Of a stretch of 64,000 nt of DNA, positions 28,966 through 38,866 are shown one piece after another. Under the pieces are notes generated by a model. It was not told the origin of the DNA. It searched no databases and saw nothing but the letters and a program-made list of their open reading frames with translations. Position 1 is the first letter of the stretch. The number at the start of each line of letters is the position of its first letter. The position numbers were made by a program, and so were the translations under genes. Location: NCBI GenBank assembly GCA_963785235.1, contig CAWAUM010000005.1:384001-448000 (forward strand), written 5' to 3'. The stretch is from an uncultured delta proteobacterium. GTDB taxonomy: Bacteria > Desulfobacterota > Desulfomonilia > UBA1062.

Positions 28966-31449
28966 TTACTTCCCATCCAGCACTTTTCTGATGGTTTTTG
29001 CCAGGTCTTCGATTTCAAAGGGCTTCATTAGAAATTCTCGAATGCCAAGCTCCTTTGCTTTCTCTTCTGTCATATGCTCACTATACCCGGTGCACAGGAT
29101 AATCGGGATGTCCGGGCGTATTTTCATAAATTCCTGGGCAAGCTTGTCACCTGTCATGACCGGCATGATAATGTCTGTAATTACAAGATCAAACTGGTCG
29201 GGGTGTTTCTGAAAATGATCAAGGGCCTCGATACTGCTTGTCCTTGTAACAACACGGTATCCCAGGTATCTCAGGCGCTCTTTCGTTGCCTTTACAAGAA
29301 TCTGTTCATCATCAATGAACAGTATCCGTTCGGTTCCATTCAGGGAAGGAGTCTCGGCCCGGGATGTCACTGCCTCTTTTTTGAATTCAATTTCCGGTAG
29401 ATATATCTCAAAGGTGGTTCCTTCTCCGGGCAAGCTCTTACAAGTGATAGTCCCTTTATGGCTTTTCACAATCCCATGCACAACCGACAAACCTAGGCCA
29501 GTACCCCGGCCTTTTTCTTTTGTAGTAAAGTAAGGATCAAAGATCCGCTCCAAGATATCAGCGGGCATGCCATGTCCTGAATCAATTATGGAAAGCCTTA
29601 AATAAGGTCCGGGTGGCAGACCCAGGGTAAGGGACTCGGACCCCTCATGTATTTCACATTTATTCAAGATGATTTCCAGTAACCCACTCTTGTCACCAAT
29701 TGCTTGAGCTGCATTGGAGCAGAGGTTCATCATCACCTGGTGAATCTGGGTGGAGTCGGCCATGACACGGCCACTTGCAAGAAAGTTCTGACGGATCTCA
29801 ATGGATTTGGGCAGGAGCGCACTGAGCATCTTGAGTGAATCCTTGATGGTGGCATCAAGCTTAAGTTGAACAAATTCGTGTTTGGTCCGACGGCTGAAGG
29901 CAAGAATCTGTTTCACCAGCTCTCTCGCCCTGTTGCTTACCTTGAGTATCTCATCAATATTTTTACGCACCTTCTCAAGATCTGATACACCAAGCATTCC
30001 CCGCTCCGCGTACGCTATTATGGCTGATAGGATATTGTTGAAATCATGTGCTATTCCGCCAGCTAGTGTCCCTAGGGCCTCCATTTTGTGCGACTGGATG
30101 AGCAGGGCCTCGAGCTTCTTTCTTTCTTCTTCGGCCTGCTTGCGTTCCGTGATATCCAGTGAAACATTGGCTAGAAACAATGGCGCCCCGGTCCCCGGAT
30201 CTGTTATGGTAAATGTTATGGCATGCACGTCCGTAATGTTACCGGTTTTGAGGTTGCGGAATTGCAGGTCACCTTCCCAAGTGTCGCCTGACAACAGAGC
30301 AGGCAGGATCTCTGTCTGCACCATCTCAAGCAAATGGGAGGGTATAACATCAAGGATATTGGTATGTTGTACATTTTCAGGGTCGATACCCAGCATTTTA
30401 CTGCCTGCTTCATTGAGAAAGACCATTTTTCCGTCGAGGGAGGCCAGATTAACAAGCTCATTGCTGTACCTGACAACAGAAGCCAGTTTCTGCAGTTCTT
30501 CTTCAACCTGTTTACGCTCTGTGATATCTTCAAATGTTTCTATGGCCCCCACAAGGTCTCCTGCAGTATTCCTAATAGCGGCTGCAGTAAAACGGAGCCA
30601 TTTCTCCTTTCCCCCGAGTGAAGGAAAATAATCGGTGGCTTCATAGGCCTCATTGATCAATGGAGATTTACTGTACTTGCTGGGATACCACACGTGAATT
30701 GTATCTTCTGCACCATCAACAATAAGATCTGCCATACACGGCCTTTGGTCGTCATAAAAGGCCTTCCAGTGATCACAGGTGCCTACCATGTCTTGAAATT
30801 TCATTCCACTCAAATGCTCCAGGGCCTCATTCCAGGAAATGACCCTATGTTCCTTGTCAATGACAAAAGTAGCAATCGGGGAGCCATGAAGGATGATCTG
30901 CAGTCTCTGTTCGCTCTCTTTTAGCGCCTCTTCAGCTTGTTTACGCTCTGTTATGTCTCGAATAACACCATCATAGGCAATAAGGGTTCCAAATAGATCA
31001 TAATGGAGCACCGGTGTGTTGCTGACCCATCGGACACTACCATCCTTGCGTCTTATACGATGTTCGAGGGGGCCTATGTTTGTTCCTTCGAGAATCTTTA
31101 AGGCATGATCTCGGACCAGATCCTGGTCTTCTTCCACTACCATGTTGAACCACAGGAAAGGATCACTCTCAAACTCGAGCGCTGTGTACCCGGTCACGGG
31201 TTCACAGACTGGGGTGTGCAATGTTTTCACTACAATTCCGGCTTCTACTTCAACAGTGAAGATGTAATCGCTAATGGCCGAGGTTATCCGGCGATACCTC
31301 TCTTCACCCTCCTGTAGGGCCTCCTTTATTTGATGATTATCAGAATTTGATTTTTCTAATTCAGCTATCTCCCGACGTGCTTCTATCAACTCTGTTATGA
31401 GCTGTTCCCTTGTAACATTTTCATAATTCACGGTTTTATCTCCCACCAT
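28966..31449 (-). CDS. Multi-PAS hybrid sensor histidine kinase/response regulator
   Basis: 3 PAS/PAC units ending DITERK; GGIAHDFNN; NLCSNA, DSGHG, GTGLGL; receiver FIDDE..DIIMP..MKP. Confidence 0.93.
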   Translation of the reverse strand: MVGDKTVNYENVTREQLITELIEARREIAELEKSNSDNHQIKEALQEGEERYRRITSAISDYIFTVEVEAGIVVKTLHTPVCEPVTGYTALEFESDPFLWFNMVVEEDQDLVRDHALKILEGTNIGPLEHRIRRKDGSVRWVSNTPVLHYDLFGTLIAYDGVIRDITERKQAEEALKESEQRLQIILHGSPIATFVIDKEHRVISWNEALEHLSGMKFQDMVGTCDHWKAFYDDQRPCMADLIVDGAEDTIHVWYPSKYSKSPLINEAYEATDYFPSLGGKEKWLRFTAAAIRNTAGDLVGAIETFEDITERKQVEEELQKLASVVRYSNELVNLASLDGKMVFLNEAGSKMLGIDPENVQHTNILDVIPSHLLEMVQTEILPALLSGDTWEGDLQFRNLKTGNITDVHAITFTITDPGTGAPLFLANVSLDITERKQAEEERKKLEALLIQSHKMEALGTLAGGIAHDFNNILSAIIAYAERGMLGVSDLEKVRKNIDEILKVSNRARELVKQILAFSRRTKHEFVQLKLDATIKDSLKMLSALLPKSIEIRQNFLASGRVMADSTQIHQVMMNLCSNAAQAIGDKSGLLEIILNKCEIHEGSESLTLGLPPGPYLRLSIIDSGHGMPADILERIFDPYFTTKEKGRGTGLGLSVVHGIVKSHKGTITCKSLPGEGTTFEIYLPEIEFKKEAVTSRAETPSLNGTERILFIDDEQILVKATKERLRYLGYRVVTRTSSIEALDHFQKHPDQFDLVITDIIMPVMTGDKLAQEFMKIRPDIPIILCTGYSEHMTEEKAKELGIREFLMKPFEIEDLAKTIRKVLDGK

Positions 31450-31842
31450 GAAACCAGAAATTTGCACTTCTTGAAATCGTATTTGTTCATGAAGATTATA
31501 TTACCTCCCAGATATTATAACATGAACTTATACGAAAACCACTGTGTGCTGCTCAGGTTTGATCCATACTGCGTGCTTGTGTATAGGTGCCTATTATCAC
31601 TAATGTAATGAATACAATTGTCTTGAATATCTGGTCAAGCTCAAGCTGGTTTGATTTTGCCGGTGCCCCGACTAAGCTGGAAAGCAGTATTATGCTCAAT
31701 GCAGTCTATAATTATGTCCAAGCAGATGGGATTGCTGACTACAGGAAAGGCATTTCCATTCATATGGCAAAAATATTCCCATGCGACATGTATTATGAGC
31801 ATACAATATTGCTAACAAATTGATATTCCGACATCAATATTG

Positions 31843-31858
31843 TGGCAACCAATTTGCA
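31843..31858 (+). promoter_or_regulatory. sigma54 (-24/-12) promoter candidate
   Basis: TGGCAACCAATTTGCA = GG-N10-GC with TTGCA; upstream of the beta-propeller gene. Confidence 0.6.
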
Positions 31859-31955
31859 ATAAAAACTTAGACTCTGCACAAGAGAAATGATTTCCTTTTA
31901 ATGAAGGATGCATTTTTTTTATAGAAGCATGGTCATTTTTTTCATGGAGTTCTAC

Positions 31956-34361
31956 ATGGGGATTGCTAGGTCAAGGAAGACCTGCGGGTTTTCTTTGTTT
32001 ATCATACTGGTTTGTTCCATCTTTTTTCTCTCCGGAAAAGGATATGCAAAGGAGTGGGAATGGCAGAATCCCCTTCCACAAGGCAATAATCTTAATTCAG
32101 TCTGGAGCAATTCATCCAATGATGTCTATGCCGTAGGGTATAACGGCACAATCCTGCACTATGACGGCACCACCTGGAGCACTATGGCCAGTGGCACTAC
32201 CAGCGATCTCTGGTGCATCTGGGGCAGCTCTGGCAACAATCTTTTTGCAGTTGGAAATAATGGAACTATCCTTCATTTTGATGGCAGTTCATGGACCACC
32301 ATGTCCAGCAAGACCACAAATTACCTCTGGGGTATCTGGGGCTCTTCAGGCAGGGATGTTTTTGCAGTAGGATATAATGGTACGATCCTTCATTATAACG
32401 GCACCGAGTGGACCAGCATGAACAGTGGAACGAAGTCAACCTTGAGAGGGATCTGGGGAAATTCGAACACTGAAGTCTATGCTGTAGGATATGATGGTAC
32501 AATCCTTCATTACAACGGTACCTCATGGGACATCATGAACTCCGGATCACACAAAGCCCTGTTAGGGATCTGGGGCGTCTCAAACAGTGATATCTTTGCA
32601 GTTGGATACGATGGCACTATGCTTCATTTTGATGGCACATCCTGGAGTATCATGGATTCGGGCACCCATAAGGACCTTCTCAGTATATGGGGAAGTTCTG
32701 CAAAGAGCGTATATGCCATAGGTGATGGAGGGACGATCCTTCATTTTGATGGCAGCACATGGACCCCAATGGTAAGTGATAGAACAAGTAATATCTATGG
32801 TATCGGTGGTGTTTCGGATAAGAGTATTTATGCAGTAGGGGCTGGAGGGATGGTTTTAAACTATGACGGCAGCGAATGGGCCTCCATCACAAATGGCAAA
32901 AAGAATAAACTGTTAGCCGTTTTGGGAAACTCGAAAAACGACATACTTGCTGTTGGTGGTGAAGGTACAGTCTTGCGCTATGATGGTAATATCTGGAATT
33001 CCGAAAACATTGGGACTAATATCTCCCTTAACTCCATCTGGAACGGACCGGGAAGCGATATCTTTGCTGTAGGAAATAATGGTGCGATCATTCACAGCAA
33101 CGGTGGGGTATGGAGCAGCATGGCGAGCGGTACGACCAATATCCTCACAGGGGTATGGGGAAACTCGGAAAATGATGTATTTGCCGTTGGTTATAACGGA
33201 ACAATCCTTCACTATGACGGCACCCTATGGAGTTCGATAAGCAGCGGAACAACATTAAACCTCACACAGGTCTGGGGCATTTCAGAAAACAATGTATTTG
33301 CCATTGGAGAAAGAGGAACCATACTTCACTTTGATGGTGCCACATGGACCAGCATGTTCAAAGGCACCCATAACACGTTATTGGGGATCTGGGGCAACTC
33401 GGCAAACGATGTCTTTGCCGTAGGAGAGGCCGGCACTGTCCTGCATTATGACGGCACTGCCTGGAGCCCCATGAACAGCAGGACAACCTCGCTTCTCAAT
33501 GGTGTCTGGGGCGGTTCGGGAAGCGATGTATTTGCTGTCGGCGAAGAAGGCGCAATCCTCCATTATGACGGAACCGAGTGGAACACGATGAGCAGGGGGA
33601 CACGTAACTCTCTCTACAAGATCTGGGGCTGTTCAGACGATGTATTTGCTGTTGGCGATGCAGGGACAATTCTACACTACAATAAATCAGAGATTCAATC
33701 ACCCCCCCCCTCTTTACCTCGGGTCTTAGATGTAGCCGATTCAACTGTTCTCAAGGGTGAAACTAGTGTTGTTGCCGGAGTCTATAAAGACGAGTCAACA
33801 ATGTTGAACACCTCTTTGCAAAATTCCGGAAATGAGTCATCCAAGAACTCCGACGTTCAGAACAACATCTCCTCTCAACCGGTAACTTCTAACGAGGAGA
33901 GCACATTAATAACCTCTCAGGAAAATGCTGCTACTGATACAGGGGTAATAGTATCCAGCAGTATCTCAGGTGCACCTTCACATAAACTCGATGCCGGCAA
34001 TAACCGGCAGGTCGTCATGGCAAGCAGCGTACCTTCTGATGAGGCAGTGTCACCTAATAGAAAAAAATTAATCTCATCCACAAGCAAACTTGAAGATGGA
34101 ACCTCCAAGCCAATAGTGCGTAGTGAGGGTGTACTTTCTGTTCCCATAAATACTAAAGGAACTGTTTCCTCAAGCCTTGGCCCAAATAAGGTGTCTGATC
34201 CAAAAAGAGGGGGAGCAGAAAGGAAAGAACGCGGCGAAAACAGCCCTAACTCGGCAAATATTTTATATGATCAATTTATTAAGGAGATGGCTCTTGTAAT
34301 CCTTGCTGCCTTGGTTCTCCTGGGTGTTTTAAGCATCTACCGGAGACTTGGGAGTAACTGA
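31956..34361 (+). CDS. Exported 14-repeat beta-propeller protein with Ser/Thr-rich stalk and C-terminal TM anchor
   Basis: Signal peptide (GYA|KE); 14 repeats of ~39 aa L.GIWG.S..DVFAVG..GTILHYDG..W; low-complexity linker; hydrophobic C-terminus followed by RR. Confidence 0.85.
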   Translation: MGIARSRKTCGFSLFIILVCSIFFLSGKGYAKEWEWQNPLPQGNNLNSVWSNSSNDVYAVGYNGTILHYDGTTWSTMASGTTSDLWCIWGSSGNNLFAVGNNGTILHFDGSSWTTMSSKTTNYLWGIWGSSGRDVFAVGYNGTILHYNGTEWTSMNSGTKSTLRGIWGNSNTEVYAVGYDGTILHYNGTSWDIMNSGSHKALLGIWGVSNSDIFAVGYDGTMLHFDGTSWSIMDSGTHKDLLSIWGSSAKSVYAIGDGGTILHFDGSTWTPMVSDRTSNIYGIGGVSDKSIYAVGAGGMVLNYDGSEWASITNGKKNKLLAVLGNSKNDILAVGGEGTVLRYDGNIWNSENIGTNISLNSIWNGPGSDIFAVGNNGAIIHSNGGVWSSMASGTTNILTGVWGNSENDVFAVGYNGTILHYDGTLWSSISSGTTLNLTQVWGISENNVFAIGERGTILHFDGATWTSMFKGTHNTLLGIWGNSANDVFAVGEAGTVLHYDGTAWSPMNSRTTSLLNGVWGGSGSDVFAVGEEGAILHYDGTEWNTMSRGTRNSLYKIWGCSDDVFAVGDAGTILHYNKSEIQSPPPSLPRVLDVADSTVLKGETSVVAGVYKDESTMLNTSLQNSGNESSKNSDVQNNISSQPVTSNEESTLITSQENAATDTGVIVSSSISGAPSHKLDAGNNRQVVMASSVPSDEAVSPNRKKLISSTSKLEDGTSKPIVRSEGVLSVPINTKGTVSSSLGPNKVSDPKRGGAERKERGENSPNSANILYDQFIKEMALVILAALVLLGVLSIYRRLGSN

Positions 34362-34631
34362 GTAGCTGTAATTATATTTTTGCTATGATTAAAAGCAGAA
34401 AGCAACATATTATAATAATAGATAAAATAGTATAATTAAATTACAATTTACCAGATATTTAAATTGCTCAGATTAAGCAACAAGACATTTTGTTAAAGGT
34501 GCAATAAGTAAGCATCGACATGAATGATCGTTGTACCTCTGAAAACCACCCTGCAATGAATACCTAGTACTGTTATACTACGCCTTAAACCTTGTACCCT
34601 CCGAGCCATTCATGTACATATTCGAGAATAT

Positions 34632-36395
34632 ATGACCCAGATTAAAATACTTCCTCAGGACCTTATTAACCAGATCGCTGCCGGTGAGGTCATTGAACGC
34701 CCTGCTTCCGTAGTGAAGGAACTGGTGGAGAATGCGATTGATGCCGGGGCAAAAAGCATAGCTGTGGAGATGGAAGGTAACGGTCTTGAACTTATCCGGG
34801 TCTCGGATGACGGCTCCGGGATGGGTGAGGAAGAGCTGGAGCTTGCCATTAAGCGTCATGCAACGAGCAAGATCAGCACGGTTGACGATCTCTTTGCCAT
34901 CCGGACGCTCGGCTTCAGGGGAGAAGCACTGCCGAGCATACTTTCGGTTAGCAAGTCTGTAATATCCTCAAGAAAGCATCAATCACCCTATGGCTATTCT
35001 ATTGATATGGAGGCAGGTTCTATATCAAGGCGCACAAAAAAAGGTATACCTCCTGGAACCATAGTTGAGGTGGCTGACCTTTTCTTTAATACCCCTGCAC
35101 GCCGGAAATTCCTCAAGACAGCGGCCACGGAGCAGAGAAACGTTATTGATGTGGTGTCACGCTATGCACTGGCCTACCCGCATGTACGTTTTACCCTCCA
35201 CGTCAATAACAGGACAGTCCTGAGCCTCCCTGCCCAGTCAAGCCTGCAGGACCGTGCATCAAATGTGCTTGGAACCAAGCAGTCAGCAAACCTTATCCCG
35301 TTCATGCGGGAACTTCCCGGTATTACCATACATGGGCTTATGGCCACGCCCAATGAGACGAGGCAGAACCGCTCGGGTATTCATGCGTATGTAAACAACC
35401 GGTCTGTCAGGGATGTGTTGCTGAGTTCTGCTGTTATTGAAGGTTACAGCGGCATGCTCATGAAGGGTAGATACCCCATAACCGTACTCTTTGTTGAGGT
35501 GGACCCGGCTGAAGTGGATGTGAATGTACACCCTGCAAAGGCAGAAGTAAGGTTCATGCATGCTTCTGCGGTGTTCGGCTTTGTGGCAAAGACCCTGAAG
35601 GACACCCTCGTGCCCGGTAAGGTGGCAGAGGCAGATTATCCTGGGATTACCTCATCGCCTTTGCCCCAACGTAATGACAAAACAGGGCACACATTCTTTG
35701 AGGTACGCGAAGGCATGTCGGTTGTGTATGGTCCCAAGGCACTTGACCGGGCAAAGACAGCTAGTCTCTTCAGCGATCCTCCCCTGCCGGAACGGGTTGT
35801 ATTCACTTATTCCGACAAGGCAATTATCGGCATGCTGCATGCCACTTATGTCCTGCTCCAGGACGATTCGGCAATGTATATCCTTGACCAGCACGCCGCC
35901 CACGAGCGGATAACCTATGAACGGCTTATGGCCCTGCACTCAAAAGGTCCTTTGAGCACCCAGCTCCTGTTGAACCCCATTATCATGGAGCTAAGCCCTC
36001 AGGAATTCAAAGCCTTTGAGGAGGTTTCCGGGCAGATACGTGCAATCGGCATAGATTGCGAGCCATTTGGAGGCAATACAATCTCCATACGTTCAGTGCC
36101 TCCACCTTTAGGTGAGTCGGATATCACCGGGGCGGTTTACGGGCTTATCCATGCGTTCATGGACGGCGAACTGCCTGTACAAACGCATGGCAATGACCGC
36201 TTCAACTCCATGATCGCCACCATTGCCTGCCATGCAAGCGTACGCGCAGGTAAAAAACTTACTCTTCCAGAAGCCGCCAAGTTGCTAGGCGAGCTTGACA
36301 AGGTAGGTTCACCGCTTACCTGCCCTCACGGCAGGCCATTATTCAAAAAGATCACGAGAGAAGAGATTGAACGATGGATAGGCAGGAGGGTCTGA
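34632..36395 (+). CDS. mutL: DNA mismatch repair protein MutL
   Basis: QIAAGEVIERPASVVKELVEN, HATSK, GFRGEAL, DVNVHP, DQHAAHER, ACH, CPHGRP. Confidence 0.98.
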   Translation: MTQIKILPQDLINQIAAGEVIERPASVVKELVENAIDAGAKSIAVEMEGNGLELIRVSDDGSGMGEEELELAIKRHATSKISTVDDLFAIRTLGFRGEALPSILSVSKSVISSRKHQSPYGYSIDMEAGSISRRTKKGIPPGTIVEVADLFFNTPARRKFLKTAATEQRNVIDVVSRYALAYPHVRFTLHVNNRTVLSLPAQSSLQDRASNVLGTKQSANLIPFMRELPGITIHGLMATPNETRQNRSGIHAYVNNRSVRDVLLSSAVIEGYSGMLMKGRYPITVLFVEVDPAEVDVNVHPAKAEVRFMHASAVFGFVAKTLKDTLVPGKVAEADYPGITSSPLPQRNDKTGHTFFEVREGMSVVYGPKALDRAKTASLFSDPPLPERVVFTYSDKAIIGMLHATYVLLQDDSAMYILDQHAAHERITYERLMALHSKGPLSTQLLLNPIIMELSPQEFKAFEEVSGQIRAIGIDCEPFGGNTISIRSVPPPLGESDITGAVYGLIHAFMDGELPVQTHGNDRFNSMIATIACHASVRAGKKLTLPEAAKLLGELDKVGSPLTCPHGRPLFKKITREEIERWIGRRV

Positions 36396-37297
36396 TCGTC
36401 ATAACCGGGCCAACCGGTTCGGGCAAGACAGCCCTTGCACTTGAGCTTTCCCTTAAACATGCCATTGAAGTAATCTCTGCCGATTCCATGCAGGTTTATC
36501 GTTATATGGACATCGCTACTGCCAAGCCAAGCCCTGAAGAGCGTGCCCTTCTTGTCCACCATCTCATCGACGTGGTGGACCCTGACCAGGAATTTCAGGC
36601 AGCAATGTTTATAAAGAAGGCACGGGACAGAATTGCCGAGGTGAAGTCCAGAGGGAAGATACCGATTGTGGTCGGTGGAACCGGTCTTTATATCAAGGCA
36701 CTCATATATGGCTTGGCCCCTGCACCTGCCCGCATGGATAAGCTGCGGGAGGCCTTGAGATCAATCATTGACCGCAAAGGCATTCACTATCTGGAAGCAA
36801 TACTGCTGAGGCTCGACCCTGATACGGCATCCGTGATCAGGAAGAACGATGCAATACGGGTCATACGATCCCTGGAGATCATCTTTCTGACAGGACGCAA
36901 GACAAGCGACATCTATGCAACACACCGCTTTTATAAGCCTTTGTTAAATGCACAGATCGCCTGCATCATGCCGGAACGCGACCTGCTCTTCAGGGACATC
37001 GATTCGAGGACAATAAAGATGTTCGATAGCGGGCTTCTGCATGAAACACAGAGACTCCTTGAAATGGGCTACAGCACTGAGCTGCGCTCCATGCAGACTC
37101 TTGCATACAAACATGTTACCAGGCATCTCAATGCGGAGATAAACCTGTCTGAGACAATCCGCCTGATCCAGCGTGATACAAGACGATATGCAAAACGCCA
37201 GGTTACCTGGATGAAGACCAGGCAGGACCATGTGTATTTCCAGTCAGCAGGCCAGGCATACAAGGTGGTATCTGAGTGGCTCAAGAAACTGAGTTGA
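36374..37297 (+). CDS. miaA: tRNA dimethylallyltransferase
   Basis: GPTGSGKT, DSMQVY, VGGTGLY, YAKRQVTW. Confidence 0.97.
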   Translation: MDRQEGLIVITGPTGSGKTALALELSLKHAIEVISADSMQVYRYMDIATAKPSPEERALLVHHLIDVVDPDQEFQAAMFIKKARDRIAEVKSRGKIPIVVGGTGLYIKALIYGLAPAPARMDKLREALRSIIDRKGIHYLEAILLRLDPDTASVIRKNDAIRVIRSLEIIFLTGRKTSDIYATHRFYKPLLNAQIACIMPERDLLFRDIDSRTIKMFDSGLLHETQRLLEMGYSTELRSMQTLAYKHVTRHLNAEINLSETIRLIQRDTRRYAKRQVTWMKTRQDHVYFQSAGQAYKVVSEWLKKLS

Positions 37298-37344
37298 GAG
37301 AGATTCGTGTTCGACTGCCGAGTACGTCATATTAAGCAAGGACA

Positions 37345-37414
37345 AAATAACCTACCTGTTCAGATCATGCACCTCGCCTGGGCGAGGTGCATGATCTGAA
37401 CAGGTAGGTTATTT
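37345..37414. repeat. Perfect 34-bp inverted repeat with 2-nt spacer
   Basis: AAATAACCTACCTGTTCAGATCATGCACCTCGCC-TG-GGCGAGGTGCATGATCTGAACAGGTAGGTTATTT. Confidence 0.95.
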
Positions 37415-37493
37415 ACCACCCTTAACCCAACAGCTTCTACATATTGAGTTTTAATATATGGCCTACCCACAAAGCTTATGCTAGACAAACCTT

Positions 37494-38262
37494 GTGGCAC
37501 ATACATCCAAACGATTCTTAGAGCGAAGGCTGAGGAAAAAGGTAGGGCAGGCCATACACGACTATCGGATGATCGAACCGGGCGACAAGGTGCTTGTGGC
37601 CATTTCCGGGGGTAAGGACTCCATTGTAATGATGAAGATTCTCGTAGCCCTGAAAGATGCTGCCCCCCTTGAATTCGAGCTTGTTCCGGTGCATGTGAAG
37701 ACCGGGTATGACGTGGGTTTTGAAAGTGTATCCGCCTGGATCCAGGAGAACCTGGGCTATGAGGTGCTGGTCTATGACGGGTATATCTCCCAGATCATGG
37801 AGGCTGTTGCAGATCCGGGGAAAAGCCCCTGCGCACTCTGTTCCAGGCTCAGGCGAGGCAAACTCTATGGAATTGCTGAAGAATTGGGAGTCCTGTCCAT
37901 TGCCCTTGGACACCACATGGATGACATCATAGAAACGTTTCTTTTACGAAACTTCTACACGGGCCAGTTAGGGGCCATGTCACCGGCACGACGTTCTGAT
38001 GATGGAAAGAACAGGATCATAAGACCCCTGGCCTACTGCACCACAGAGCTCATCACTGCTTATTATACGCATCTTGCAATTGAGCCGGTTGAGATAAGGT
38101 GCCCCATCAGGCCAGACAGTAAACGAGGGCTGATCAGGGACTTTATAAAAAATATTGGAAAATGATATACCTTTCGTTAAACATTCAATGTTTGCAGCCT
38201 TGGGGAATATAGATATGAAGAGTTTGTGCATCAAGGAGAAAACCAATGCGGATCGAAATTGA
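37494..38262 (+). CDS. ttcA: tRNA 2-thiocytidine biosynthesis protein TtcA (frameshift near 3' end)
   Basis: PP-loop SGGKDS, CALCSRLRRG, LGHHMDD, IIRPL; ORF stops at 38165, but the expected tail (ILENDIPFVKHSMFAALGNID) continues in the next frame after A6 at 38147-38152. Confidence 0.85.
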
Positions 38263-38854
38263 TCCGTTCCGACCGAAACCCCGCGCAGTGTCCCAGGTGG
38301 CGGATATCTTGAAAAAGGACGGAATATTCGTCTATCCTACGGACACGGTCTATGGACTGGGCTGTATGATTACCAATAAACAGGGTATCGATAAGATCAA
38401 CCAGATCAAGACATCAAAGAAACCCAAGAGCATCATGTTCTCTGATATCAAGGAGATAAGCCAGTATGCCAAGGTGAGCAATGAGGCATTCAGGCTCATG
38501 AGGCTGCTGCTGCCGGGTCCCTACACCTTTATCCTCCCGGCTACCCGCCTTGTGCCGCGCCTGTTACAGAGGGACCGCAAGGCAGTTGGCGTCAGGATAC
38601 CGGAGCACTGGTTCTGTAAATCCATTGTCGAGATGGTGGGCGAACCCATCATCACGACAAGTATCCCGCTTTCGGACGATAAGATCCATGTCGACCCCCT
38701 GGAGATCGAGGAACAATTCGGGCATATGGTTGATATTATCGTGGACAGTGGGATCCTGCCCGACATACCATCTACGATTCTCTCCCTGGAGACCGACACG
38801 CTGGAGATCATAAGACATGGGCTCGGCTCAATTGATATGTTTGAACCCCATTAG
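38246..38854 (+). CDS. Sua5/YciO/YrdC family protein
   Basis: YPTDTVYGLGC, LPGPYTFIL, GVRIP, PIITTS, PSTI. Confidence 0.92.
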   Translation: MRIEIDPFRPKPRAVSQVADILKKDGIFVYPTDTVYGLGCMITNKQGIDKINQIKTSKKPKSIMFSDIKEISQYAKVSNEAFRLMRLLLPGPYTFILPATRLVPRLLQRDRKAVGVRIPEHWFCKSIVEMVGEPIITTSIPLSDDKIHVDPLEIEEQFGHMVDIIVDSGILPDIPSTILSLETDTLEIIRHGLGSIDMFEPH

Positions 38855-38866
38855 AGGAACCTTGAA

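Noticed and set aside
32050-33690. Regularly spaced DNA repeats resembling a CRISPR array
   Set aside because: Degenerate, in-frame 117-bp protein repeats, with no identical repeat/unique spacer pattern and no cas genes
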